Source: an uncultured Bacteroidota bacterium (GTDB lineage Bacteria > Bacteroidota > Bacteroidia > Chitinophagales > Chitinophagaceae). Taken from it: a stretch of 63,939 nucleotides of DNA. Position numbers and translations under genes: made by a program. Below, piece after piece: positions 50,301 through 58,871 of this stretch. The notes below the pieces were generated by a model, which did not search any database, was not told where the DNA came from, and saw only the letters and a program-made list of their open reading frames with translations. The number at the start of each line of letters is the position of its first letter. Positions within the stretch are counted from its first letter, which is position 1. The DNA lies in the NCBI GenBank assembly GCA_903821975.1, contig CAIJNJ010000021.1:1-63939 (forward strand), given 5' to 3'.

Positions 50301-51272
50301 TTAGCAATCTTCGTCCTTACAAGGTATCGCCGCCGATTCCAGTTCTATGGTAGCATGCTGTATATTCTGGTGCTGCAATTCATGTTTTATATGATGCACC
50401 ACTTTCATCTTTTCATCAAAGCTGAGCTTCTCATTCAATACCAGGTGGGTGGTTAGCGCGTTTTCCGTGGTACTCATCGCCCAGATGTGCATATGATGTA
50501 TATTTTCAACACCCTTTACCTTCTTTATCACCTCTTCTATTTTGCTCATTTCTATGTCGTCCGGTACGGCATCCATAGAGAGCCTTAGGCTGGCGGTGAG
50601 CAGCGACCAGGTGCCTATCAGTATCACTACAAGCACCACAATACTCACGGCGCCATCCAGCCAGAACCAGCCGGTGAATTTGATGATCAAGCCTGATACT
50701 ACTACACCCAGAGATACCAGCGCATCGGTAAGCAGGTGCAGGTAAGCGCCCTTTGTATTCAGGTCATGTTCCTTATTCCGGAAGAACAGAAAAGCCGAGG
50801 CCAGGTTTATAGCTATTCCTATACCTGCCACAATAGCTACAACACCGCCATCTATATCATGCCGGGGGTGAAGCAAACGGTTTACGGATTCGTAGCCCAG
50901 CATACCAATGGCGATAAACAATACAACGGCATTTGTAAGCGCAGCGAGAATAGTGGTTTTTTTATAGCCGTAAGTAAACGTCTCTGTCGGTTTCACTTTG
51001 GCCAGTTTAAAGGCGATAAGCGACAGGGCTAGGGCGGCAACATCGCTCAGGTTGTGCCCTGCATCAGACAGCAATGCCATAGAGTGGGTCATGAAGCCAG
51101 CTATGGCCTGTATCACTACGTAGGCACTATTAAGTATTATACCGAATATAAAGGCCTTGTTGGCGGCATCAGCTGCGCTCACATGATGATGGTGATGCCC
51201 CGCATGACCATGACTGTGGCTGTGACCATGGTTATGGTCCCCGTGACTGTGATCATGATCGTGGCTATGCAT
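50301..51272 (-). CDS. Cation diffusion facilitator (CzcD/ZitB-like)
   Basis: His-rich N-terminus, SDAGHNLSD, AYLHLLTD, HIWAMS, HATIE; ATG 51272. Confidence 0.95.
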   Translation of the reverse strand: MHSHDHDHSHGDHNHGHSHSHGHAGHHHHHVSAADAANKAFIFGIILNSAYVVIQAIAGFMTHSMALLSDAGHNLSDVAALALSLIAFKLAKVKPTETFTYGYKKTTILAALTNAVVLFIAIGMLGYESVNRLLHPRHDIDGGVVAIVAGIGIAINLASAFLFFRNKEHDLNTKGAYLHLLTDALVSLGVVVSGLIIKFTGWFWLDGAVSIVVLVVILIGTWSLLTASLRLSMDAVPDDIEMSKIEEVIKKVKGVENIHHMHIWAMSTTENALTTHLVLNEKLSFDEKMKVVHHIKHELQHQNIQHATIELESAAIPCKDEDC

Positions 51273-51362
51273 CCGGTATACTGCTGATTTTGGGTGCAAG
51301 CTACATAAAATGACGGATAGGACTTTTAAGCGATAATACACGCTAATATTATATCATGTGTA

Positions 51363-51416
51363 TGGAAAAATATGGAGTCTGATTCCATATTTTTCCAAAT
51401 ATATGCTGTACATTTG
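51363..51416 (+). promoter_or_regulatory. 14-bp inverted repeat (putative operator) plus -7 box of the AAA ATPase gene
   Basis: TGGAAAAATATGGA-N7-TCCATATTTTTCCA at 51363-51397; TACATTTG at 51409-51416. Confidence 0.6.
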
Positions 51417-51420
51417 TGTT

Positions 51421-52581
51421 ATGAAAAAGCGTGTAGCCACCGAAAAAATTAAGAAACTGGCCAGCCGGTTCAAATTAATTGCGGTGACAGGCCCGAGACA
51501 ATCGGGCAAAACTACATTGGTTAAAGACATCTTTAAACATAAGCCTTATGTATCTCTGGAAAACCCGGATACAAGAAGGTTTGCGATAGAAGATACGCGT
51601 GGTTTTTTAAACGAGTATAAAGATGGCGCTATACTGGATGAAGTGCAGCGCACACCGGAAGTATTTTCCTACCTGCAGGAAATAACAGATAACAAGAAGG
51701 CGCCGGGGCAATTTATTCTCACCGGTTCTAACAATTTCCTGTTACAGCAAAACATAGCGCAAAGCCTTGCGGGCAGGGTTGCTTATATCAACCTGTTGCC
51801 TTTCAGTATAGAAGAGCTGTACTCCGATGGGCATAAAATGCCGGGAGAAAACAGTATTATTTTTAAGGGCTTATACCCGCCTGTATATGATCAGCGCATT
51901 CCGCCGCAGGATTGGTATCCTAATTACATCCGTACATATGTGGACAGGGATGTAAGGCAAATAAAAAACATAACTGACCTTATCGTTTTTGAACGCTTTA
52001 TGCGCCTGCTTGCGGGCAGAACCGGGCAGGAGCTAAACCTCGCTTCACTGGCTGTGGAAACAGGGGTGGATACAAAGACCATTCAATCGTGGATAGGTAT
52101 ACTGGAAAGCAGCTTTATCATTTACCTGTTAAGGCCGCACTATAAAAATTTCAATAAAACCATTGTAAAACGCCCCAAAATATACTTTTATGATACCGGT
52201 CTTGTGTGTTCTTTATTAGGCATAACAACCGAGACGCAATTGACAAACCACCCGGTGCGGGGCAGCCTGTTTGAGTGCCTTGTGGTTACGGAACTGGTAA
52301 AGAAAAGAACCAACAACGGAAACCCGGTAAACCTCTACTACTGGCGGGATAAAACAGGCCACGAGGTGGATATTATCATTGATAACGGAGATACACTGGT
52401 ACCCGTAGAAATAAAAGCCGGCAAGACAATAAACAATGAATTTTTTAAAAATCTGCTTTACTGGAATGCCCTGAGCGGAATGAAAAAAGGCTACCTTATA
52501 TACACCGGCGATGAGCAGCAAAAAAGGAGCAATGGGATAGAAGTGATAAGCCTGGCCGAGATGAGTAGAAGGGATATGTAG
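51421..52581 (+). CDS. AAA_14 + DUF4143 ATPase with C-terminal PD-(D/E)xK-like motif
   Basis: GPRQSGKT, ILDEVQ, LTGS, SLAGR, PKIYFYDTG, EVD...PVEIK. Confidence 0.92.
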   Translation: MKKRVATEKIKKLASRFKLIAVTGPRQSGKTTLVKDIFKHKPYVSLENPDTRRFAIEDTRGFLNEYKDGAILDEVQRTPEVFSYLQEITDNKKAPGQFILTGSNNFLLQQNIAQSLAGRVAYINLLPFSIEELYSDGHKMPGENSIIFKGLYPPVYDQRIPPQDWYPNYIRTYVDRDVRQIKNITDLIVFERFMRLLAGRTGQELNLASLAVETGVDTKTIQSWIGILESSFIIYLLRPHYKNFNKTIVKRPKIYFYDTGLVCSLLGITTETQLTNHPVRGSLFECLVVTELVKKRTNNGNPVNLYYWRDKTGHEVDIIIDNGDTLVPVEIKAGKTINNEFFKNLLYWNALSGMKKGYLIYTGDEQQKRSNGIEVISLAEMSRRDM

Positions 52582-52596
52582 AGAATGTTTGTCACT

Positions 52597-52664
52597 GATG
52601 CCGACGGCATCAAATGTCTATAGAAAAGTAAAGATTATAAACCGATGCCGGAGGTATCGAATGT
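52597..52664. repeat. REP-like doublet
   Basis: GATGCCGACGGCATCAAATGT and GATGCCGGAGGTATCGAATGT, 47 nt apart, each a short hairpin. Confidence 0.6.
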
Positions 52665-52735
52665 TATGAATGACTATACTCGCGAAGCGAATATAAAGGC
52701 AGGTTTTTGTAAATTCGGGAAAATATAAATTATCT

Positions 52736-53173
52736 ATGTTTGATGAGTTAACAAAGTATAAAGAAAATGACCACTTCTTCTTCAAGCCGTTGCTGAATTT
52801 AAAAGAGGTCTGTAATGCTCCATGTGATAAAAGCGGGATTTATATAGTCTATGCGCTGAGAAAAGGGAAAATTGAATTAGTATATATTGGACGATCTGGG
52901 AAAATTGAAAAAGATAGTTCAATGTTCATTCGTAAAACAGGTCTTGGGGGGATAAAAGATAGAATAGTTAATGGACATCAATTTGGTAAGACTGAAAGAA
53001 GAATTTCATGGCCCAATCAAATGTTGTTGGAAAATATCGAAGCATTAGATATTTATTGGTATGCTACACACAATGAAGAATATCAAGACTGCCCAAGAGT
53101 GTTGGAGAATAGATTGCTTTCAATTTATTTAGATATTCATGGCTGTTTGCCTAAATGGAATAATGAGCTTTAA
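52736..53173 (+). CDS. GIY-YIG nuclease family protein
   Basis: SGIYIVY...VYIGRSG, conserved R (KDRI), E (VLEN) and PKWN; AT-rich. Confidence 0.75.
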   Translation: MFDELTKYKENDHFFFKPLLNLKEVCNAPCDKSGIYIVYALRKGKIELVYIGRSGKIEKDSSMFIRKTGLGGIKDRIVNGHQFGKTERRISWPNQMLLENIEALDIYWYATHNEEYQDCPRVLENRLLSIYLDIHGCLPKWNNEL

Positions 53174-53267
53174 AAACAAATGTATGGTCTAAGCCCTTTC
53201 CTCAATATCTTTCCCAATCTTTCCCCTTTTACATTAGTTTTGCAGCCACATTATTACTTATTATACA

Positions 53268-55895
53268 ATGCAATCCGCAAACGAGATACGCAAGCAGTTT
53301 TTAGATTTTTTTTGCAGCAAAGGGCATGAAGTAGTGCCATCTGCGCCTATAGTTATAAAAAATGACCCTACCCTGTTGTTTACCAATGCGGGCATGAACC
53401 AGTTCAAGGATTATTTCCTGGGGAACAGAGCCCCTGATCATACACGTATTGCGGATACGCAGAAATGCCTGCGTGTAAGCGGTAAGCACAATGACCTGGA
53501 AGAAGTGGGCGTGGACACGTATCACCATACTATGTTCGAGATGCTGGGCAACTGGAGCTTTGGCGATTATTTCAAGGAAGAAGCCATTGCATGGAGCTGG
53601 GAATTGCTTACAGAGGTATACGGTATATCAAAAGATAAACTGTACGTAACCGTTTTCCAGGGCGATGCTGCTGAAAACCTTCCTAAAGATGATGAGGCAT
53701 ACAATTTCTGGAAACAACATGTAGCAGAAGATCGCATATTGCTGGGTAATAAAAAAGACAACTTCTGGGAAATGGGCGATACCGGCCCATGCGGCCCGTG
53801 CTCTGAGATACATGTAGACTGCAGAACAGATGAAGAGAAAAAACAGGTAGATGGTAAAACCCTGGTAAACGCCGACCATCCGCAGGTGATAGAGATATGG
53901 AACAATGTATTCATGCAGTATAACCGCCAGAAGGACGGCACACTGGTACCGCTGCCGGCAAAGCATGTGGATACCGGAATGGGGCTGGAGCGGTTGGTGC
54001 GTGTACTTCAAGGAAAACAAAGCAATTACGACACTGATTTATTTACCGGCACTATATCGCACATAGAGCATATGACCGGTAGAAAGTATACCTATACCGA
54101 TAGCAAAAAAGACGTTGCGTTCCGCGTATTATCTGATCATATCCGTGCTATAGGTTTTACCATTGCCGACGGCCAGTTACCATCTAACACAGGCGCCGGA
54201 TACGTGATACGCCGCATACTGCGCCGTGCAGTACGTTACTATTATTCTTATCTCGATCACAAGCAACCATTATTATACCGCCTGATGCCGGTATTGGCTA
54301 AGCAGTTTGAAGATGTATTTCCCGAGCTGCACAAGCAGATAGACCTGGTGAGCCGTGTAGTAAAGGAAGAAGAAGAATCGTTCCTTCGTACACTTGATAA
54401 AGGACTGAAAAAGATAGATGACATCATCACCGAAACAAGGAGTAGGAATACACAAACCATAGATGGCAAAGCAGCTTTTGAGCTTTATGATACTTTCGGT
54501 TTCCCTATAGACCTTACAAGGTTGATAGGCAGTGAGAATGGCCTGCATGTGGATGAAGCTGCTTTTGATAAGTCGTTACAGGAACAGAAAAGCCGCAGCC
54601 GTGCAGCCACGGCTCTTGATACGCAGGATTGGGTGATCGTAAAAGAAGGCCCTGCTACAAAGTTTGTTGGCTACGACAGCCTGGAAGCAGAAGCATCTGT
54701 ATTGAAGTTTCGTAAGGTAACGGCCAAAGGCAAAGAATCTTACCAGCTGGTGCTGGATACCACGCCTTTCTATGCCGAAAGCGGTGGCCAGGTAGGGGAT
54801 ACAGGTGAATTTATTTTCCCTAACGAAAGCATACAGATAGTAGATACCAAGAAGGAAGACGGCCTTACTATTCATTTTGCAGAAGTACTACCGGAGAACA
54901 TCAGCGCACCTGTTCATGCAAAGGTGGATAGGGTAAAAAGAGTTTCCACAGCGGTGCACCATAGTGCTACGCATCTTTTACACGCTGCCCTGCGTGATGT
55001 GCTCGGGACACATGTGGCACAGAAAGGCTCGTTGGTAAATGAAGAGCATCTCCGTTTCGACTTTTCTCATTTTGCGAAAGTGAGCGACGAAGAAATAGCG
55101 CGTATAGAAACAATAGTAAATGAAAAGATTCGCGAGAACATACCGGTTGTAATAAAGGAAATGGCCAAGGACGAAGCAGTAGCGCTCGGCGCGATGGCTT
55201 TGTTTGGGGAAAAATACGGGAACATAGTGCGTGTGGTAATAATGGACCCCGCATATTCCATAGAGCTTTGCGGTGGTACGCATGTTGGTGCTACAGGCCA
55301 GCTTGGGTTTTTCAAGATAACGAGTGAGGCGGCAGTAGCGGCTGGTGTGCGCCGTATGGAAGCGGTGAGCGGCAAGGCTGCCGAGCATTTTATCAATGAA
55401 CAGTTGCAGCTTATTGCCAGCATATCTGCGCAACTGAAAAATGCAAAAGACCCGCTCAAGGCAATAGAAAAGTTGCAGGAAGAAAGGTCGCAACTGGAAA
55501 AGCATGTGGAAAATATGGAAAGCCGCATGCTGGTGGGGGTGCGCAATGAGCTCCTTACTAAGGACGAGATCATAAACCAGGTAACATTTGTTGGGCAAAT
55601 GGTATCTGTGAGCTCTGCCGATGCATTGAAGCGTCTGTGCACCGACCTGAAATCGCACCTTAACGACCACGTTATCGTGCTTTGTGCAAATATAGATGGC
55701 AAACCATTTGTGGCAGTAGGTGTGGATGAAAAGGTAACTGCGGCAAAGGGCCTCGATGCCGGGAAGATCATAAAAGAACACGTAGCACCACTAATAAAAG
55801 GCGGCGGCGGCGGCCAGAAAAGCCTCGCTACGGCAGGCGGGCAGGATGTAAGCGGTCTACAGGCGGTGATTGAGAAAGTGAGGGGGCTGCTGTAG
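53268..55895 (+). CDS. alaS: Alanine--tRNA ligase
   Basis: FTNAGMNQFK, HHTMFEMLGNWSFGDYFK, HSATH, ELCGGTH, GGGGG. Confidence 0.99.
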   Translation: MQSANEIRKQFLDFFCSKGHEVVPSAPIVIKNDPTLLFTNAGMNQFKDYFLGNRAPDHTRIADTQKCLRVSGKHNDLEEVGVDTYHHTMFEMLGNWSFGDYFKEEAIAWSWELLTEVYGISKDKLYVTVFQGDAAENLPKDDEAYNFWKQHVAEDRILLGNKKDNFWEMGDTGPCGPCSEIHVDCRTDEEKKQVDGKTLVNADHPQVIEIWNNVFMQYNRQKDGTLVPLPAKHVDTGMGLERLVRVLQGKQSNYDTDLFTGTISHIEHMTGRKYTYTDSKKDVAFRVLSDHIRAIGFTIADGQLPSNTGAGYVIRRILRRAVRYYYSYLDHKQPLLYRLMPVLAKQFEDVFPELHKQIDLVSRVVKEEEESFLRTLDKGLKKIDDIITETRSRNTQTIDGKAAFELYDTFGFPIDLTRLIGSENGLHVDEAAFDKSLQEQKSRSRAATALDTQDWVIVKEGPATKFVGYDSLEAEASVLKFRKVTAKGKESYQLVLDTTPFYAESGGQVGDTGEFIFPNESIQIVDTKKEDGLTIHFAEVLPENISAPVHAKVDRVKRVSTAVHHSATHLLHAALRDVLGTHVAQKGSLVNEEHLRFDFSHFAKVSDEEIARIETIVNEKIRENIPVVIKEMAKDEAVALGAMALFGEKYGNIVRVVIMDPAYSIELCGGTHVGATGQLGFFKITSEAAVAAGVRRMEAVSGKAAEHFINEQLQLIASISAQLKNAKDPLKAIEKLQEERSQLEKHVENMESRMLVGVRNELLTKDEIINQVTFVGQMVSVSSADALKRLCTDLKSHLNDHVIVLCANIDGKPFVAVGVDEKVTAAKGLDAGKIIKEHVAPLIKGGGGGQKSLATAGGQDVSGLQAVIEKVRGLL

Positions 55896-55981
55896 GATTA
55901 TTCAGGAGCCTTTTTTATAGTATATGATCTTTTGGTAATTAGGAATTCTGTATGGATTTCTTATTTTTACCCATAATAACG

Positions 55982-56152
55982 ATGATACTCAGAAACCTTT
56001 TATACTTTATTGCCATCCTGCTGATCATAGGTTGGGTGCTGGGCTTTTTAGTGTGGAAACATGAAGGGCATACCATCCATATATTGGCGGTGCTTGCAGT
56101 AATATCTCTTGTACTTGCCATTACCCGAAAACCCACCAAGGACGACGTATAA
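55982..56152 (+). CDS. Small lmo0937-like (DUF5670) membrane protein
   Basis: LYFIAILLIIGWVLGF...IHILAVLAVI pattern. Confidence 0.75.
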   Translation: MILRNLLYFIAILLIIGWVLGFLVWKHEGHTIHILAVLAVISLVLAITRKPTKDDV

Positions 56153-56273
56153 ATTGGAATTAGGGATTTGGAATTAGTAGTTGGGATTGATCCTTTACAC
56201 TTAATTCGTATATAGCTCCAGTACGGATGTTTATGAACTTAATCCTAATTCCAAATTACCAATTACCAATTCC
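56151..56273. repeat. Inverted pair of AATTGGR / YCCAATT heptamer arrays upstream of dnaN
   Basis: aattgga attaggg atttgga attagta gttggga ... aatccta attccaa attacca attacca attcc. Confidence 0.75.
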
Positions 56274-56307
56274 GTGTAAAAATTCCGATTTATTTAAAAT
56301 ATCTTTG

Positions 56308-56327
56308 CCTGCCTGCCGGTAGGCAGG
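56308..56327. repeat. 20-bp GC-rich mini-palindrome
   Basis: CCTGCCTGCCGGTAGGCAGG directly after the dnaN -7 box TATCTTTG; partial copy at 9396-9409. Confidence 0.65.
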
Positions 56328-56346
56328 TTCAAAACCAATATTACCG

Positions 56347-57468
56347 ATGCGTTTTATAGTTACCTCAACAGCACTGCTGAAAAATCTGCAGCAGATCAGC
56401 GGCGTCATCAGCGCTAATACGGTATTATCCGTGCTCGAAGATTTCCTTTTTGAATTGCGTGGCAATACGCTTACACTTACAGCCACCGACCTGGAAACCA
56501 TGATGCGTGTGCACATGGAAGTGAATGATGCACAGGGCGACGGCCGGATATGTATCCCTTCAAAAATACTGACCGACTACCTGAAAAACCTGCCGGAGCA
56601 ACCCATCACTTTCAATATCAATGAAAGCGACCTTTCGATAGAAATGTCGAGCGATGTGGGTAAGTACCGCATAGGTGGCGAAAAGGCGGATGATTTTCCA
56701 AAAGAACCCGCCCCCGGGGATACCACTGCATTTACAATGCCATCTATAGCGCTCCTGGAGTGTATCAATAAAACACTGTTTGCCGTAAGTGCAGATACCT
56801 TGCGCCCTGCTATGACCGGTGTTTATTTTGAGCTGGACACCAAGAGCATCACTTTTGTTTCTACCGACGCGCACCGACTGGTACAGTTTCGCCGCAACGA
56901 TATAAACTGCCCAGCAAAGGATGGTTTTGTAGTGCCTAAGAAGCCACTGCAGCAGTTGCGTGCTACTTTACCAGCCGATGAATCTATATTGCAGCTTGCC
57001 TACAATGGCAGCCACCTGTTTGTAAGCACCGATCGCCTCAACCTTAGTTGCCGCCTTATAGATGCTCGCTTCCCCGATTACAAAGCAGTTATTCCATTAG
57101 ACAATCCATACAAGCTCACCATAAACCGCGGCGACTTTGTGAGCGCCCTGCGTCGTGTAAGCATATTCGCTAACAAAACCACTAACCAGGTAGTGCTGGA
57201 TATTAACGGTAACGCCCTGCAGATAAGCTCTCAGGATGTGGACTTCTCTTACGAAGGCAAGGAAATGCTGAGCTGCCAGTACAGTGGTGAGGATATGAAA
57301 ATTGCCTTCAACGCCAAGCTGATGGTGGAAATGGTTGGCAACCTTGATGGTAATGAGATACAGGTAGAGCTGAGCACCCCCACACGTGCCGGTATCTTCC
57401 GCTCCATAGACAAAGTAGAAAACGAAGACCTGCTGATGCTGCTTATGCCGCTGATGGTAGGGGTTTAA
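56347..57468 (+). CDS. dnaN: DNA polymerase III beta sliding clamp
   Basis: ATDLE, STDAHRL, RLIDARFPDY, IAFNA, LLMP. Confidence 0.97.
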   Translation: MRFIVTSTALLKNLQQISGVISANTVLSVLEDFLFELRGNTLTLTATDLETMMRVHMEVNDAQGDGRICIPSKILTDYLKNLPEQPITFNINESDLSIEMSSDVGKYRIGGEKADDFPKEPAPGDTTAFTMPSIALLECINKTLFAVSADTLRPAMTGVYFELDTKSITFVSTDAHRLVQFRRNDINCPAKDGFVVPKKPLQQLRATLPADESILQLAYNGSHLFVSTDRLNLSCRLIDARFPDYKAVIPLDNPYKLTINRGDFVSALRRVSIFANKTTNQVVLDINGNALQISSQDVDFSYEGKEMLSCQYSGEDMKIAFNAKLMVEMVGNLDGNEIQVELSTPTRAGIFRSIDKVENEDLLMLLMPLMVGV

Positions 57469-57496
57469 TTTGAAAATTTGATAATTCGGAAATTTG

Positions 57497-57524
57497 AAAA
57501 TGCCCTCAATTTGAGGGCATTTTT
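57497..57524 (+). terminator. Intrinsic terminator of dnaN
   Basis: AAAATGCCCTCAA-T-TTGAGGGCATTTT. Confidence 0.75.
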
Positions 57525-57618
57525 ATTTATCTAACAATAAGGGGAAATAAGTTTTGCTCAAAAACTATAAAGATGAAAAGATATCCGCCAGTAAAGCCCC
57601 CTTCAGGGGGTTGGGGGT

Positions 57619-58746
57619 TTAATAATTTATCACCTGCTCCTCAATAGCTTCCGGTATTTTGCGCCACTCATATTGCTGGTTGCGGAGCTGTGGCTCAAAA
57701 CCTGCATCACGTATAGATTGCTGTATGCTCTGGGCGGTGAAACGGTGCGGTGCGCCTGCGGCGCTTACCACATTCTCCTCTATCATTATAGAACCAAAAT
57801 CATTGGCGCCTGCATTCAGGCATATCTGTGCTACGGGCTTGCCTACGGTAAGCCATGATGCCTGTATGTTCTTCACATTGGGTAGCATAATGCGGCTGAG
57901 GGCTATCATGCGTATATATTCTTCCGGGGTAGTCATGTTTTTTATTCCGCGTATCTTCTCCAGCAGTGTATCCACACCCTGAAAAGTCCATGGGATGAAA
58001 GCAAGAAAGCCCTTTGCGCCTTCAGGTTTTTCTGCCTGCACCTCGCGCAGTTTCACAAGGTGTTCAAAACGCTCAAGAACTGTTTCCACATGCCCGAACA
58101 TCATCGTAGCACTCGTCGTCAGACCCAGCTTATGTGCCTCACGCATCACATCCAGCCATTCCTGTGCACCGCATTTGCCGTTTGATACCAGCCTACGTAC
58201 CCTGTCATTCAGTATCTCTGCACCCGCGCCTGGCAGGCTGTCCATACCTGCTTCTTTCAACGCTTTAAGCACCTCGTGGTGCGTACTTTTTTCAAGCTTC
58301 GTAATATGCGCTACTTCCGGTGGCCCCAGTGCATGCAGCTTCAGGTTTGGGTACAAACCTTTCAGTGTCTTGAAAAGATCCACATAAAAAGCAAGGCCAA
58401 GGTCGGGGTGGTGGCCACCCTGCAGCAGCAACTGGTCGCCGCCATATTTAAAGGTCTCTTCTATTTTCTTTTTATAGGTCTCAATGTCTGTTATATAAGC
58501 TTCCGGGTGGCCGGGTATGCGATAGAAATTGCAGAACTTACAATTGGCTACACATACATTGGTGGTATTTACATTACGGTCTATCTGCCATGTTACCTTG
58601 CCATGCGGCACCTGTATCTTCCGCAGCTCATTGGCTATGTACATCAACTCACTCAGGGGAGCATGCTCAAACAGGAAAACACCCTCTTCCGCACTCAAAA
58701 ACTCAAACTTCGAAGCCCGCTCGTATAAATCAGGTAAATGCATCAA
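57619..58746 (-). CDS. mqnC: Cyclic dehypoxanthinyl futalosine synthase (CofH-family radical SAM)
   Basis: DRNVN.TNVCVANCKFC (CxxxCxxC), LLQGGHHP, PGAGAEIL, FIPWTFQ, GANDFGS.MIEENVV.AAG. Confidence 0.9.
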   Translation of the reverse strand: MMHLPDLYERASKFEFLSAEEGVFLFEHAPLSELMYIANELRKIQVPHGKVTWQIDRNVNTTNVCVANCKFCNFYRIPGHPEAYITDIETYKKKIEETFKYGGDQLLLQGGHHPDLGLAFYVDLFKTLKGLYPNLKLHALGPPEVAHITKLEKSTHHEVLKALKEAGMDSLPGAGAEILNDRVRRLVSNGKCGAQEWLDVMREAHKLGLTTSATMMFGHVETVLERFEHLVKLREVQAEKPEGAKGFLAFIPWTFQGVDTLLEKIRGIKNMTTPEEYIRMIALSRIMLPNVKNIQASWLTVGKPVAQICLNAGANDFGSIMIEENVVSAAGAPHRFTAQSIQQSIRDAGFEPQLRNQQYEWRKIPEAIEEQVINY

Positions 58747-58871
58747 AACAGCTTTTAGGCTGTAAATTTACTGAATAATTACGAGGGCTATTTATTGGCG
58801 TATAAGCCTTGCCTATTCTGAAGAGGTATCAGGTATTATTCTAATTTTATAGCTCTGATCATATTACATTT

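Noticed and set aside
52597-52664. Mini CRISPR array
   Set aside because: Only two imperfect 21-nt units and no cas genes; better explained as a REP doublet.
56347-57468. Replication origin near dnaN
   Set aside because: No dnaA and no DnaA-box cluster seen; dnaN is commonly unlinked from dnaA in Bacteroidota.
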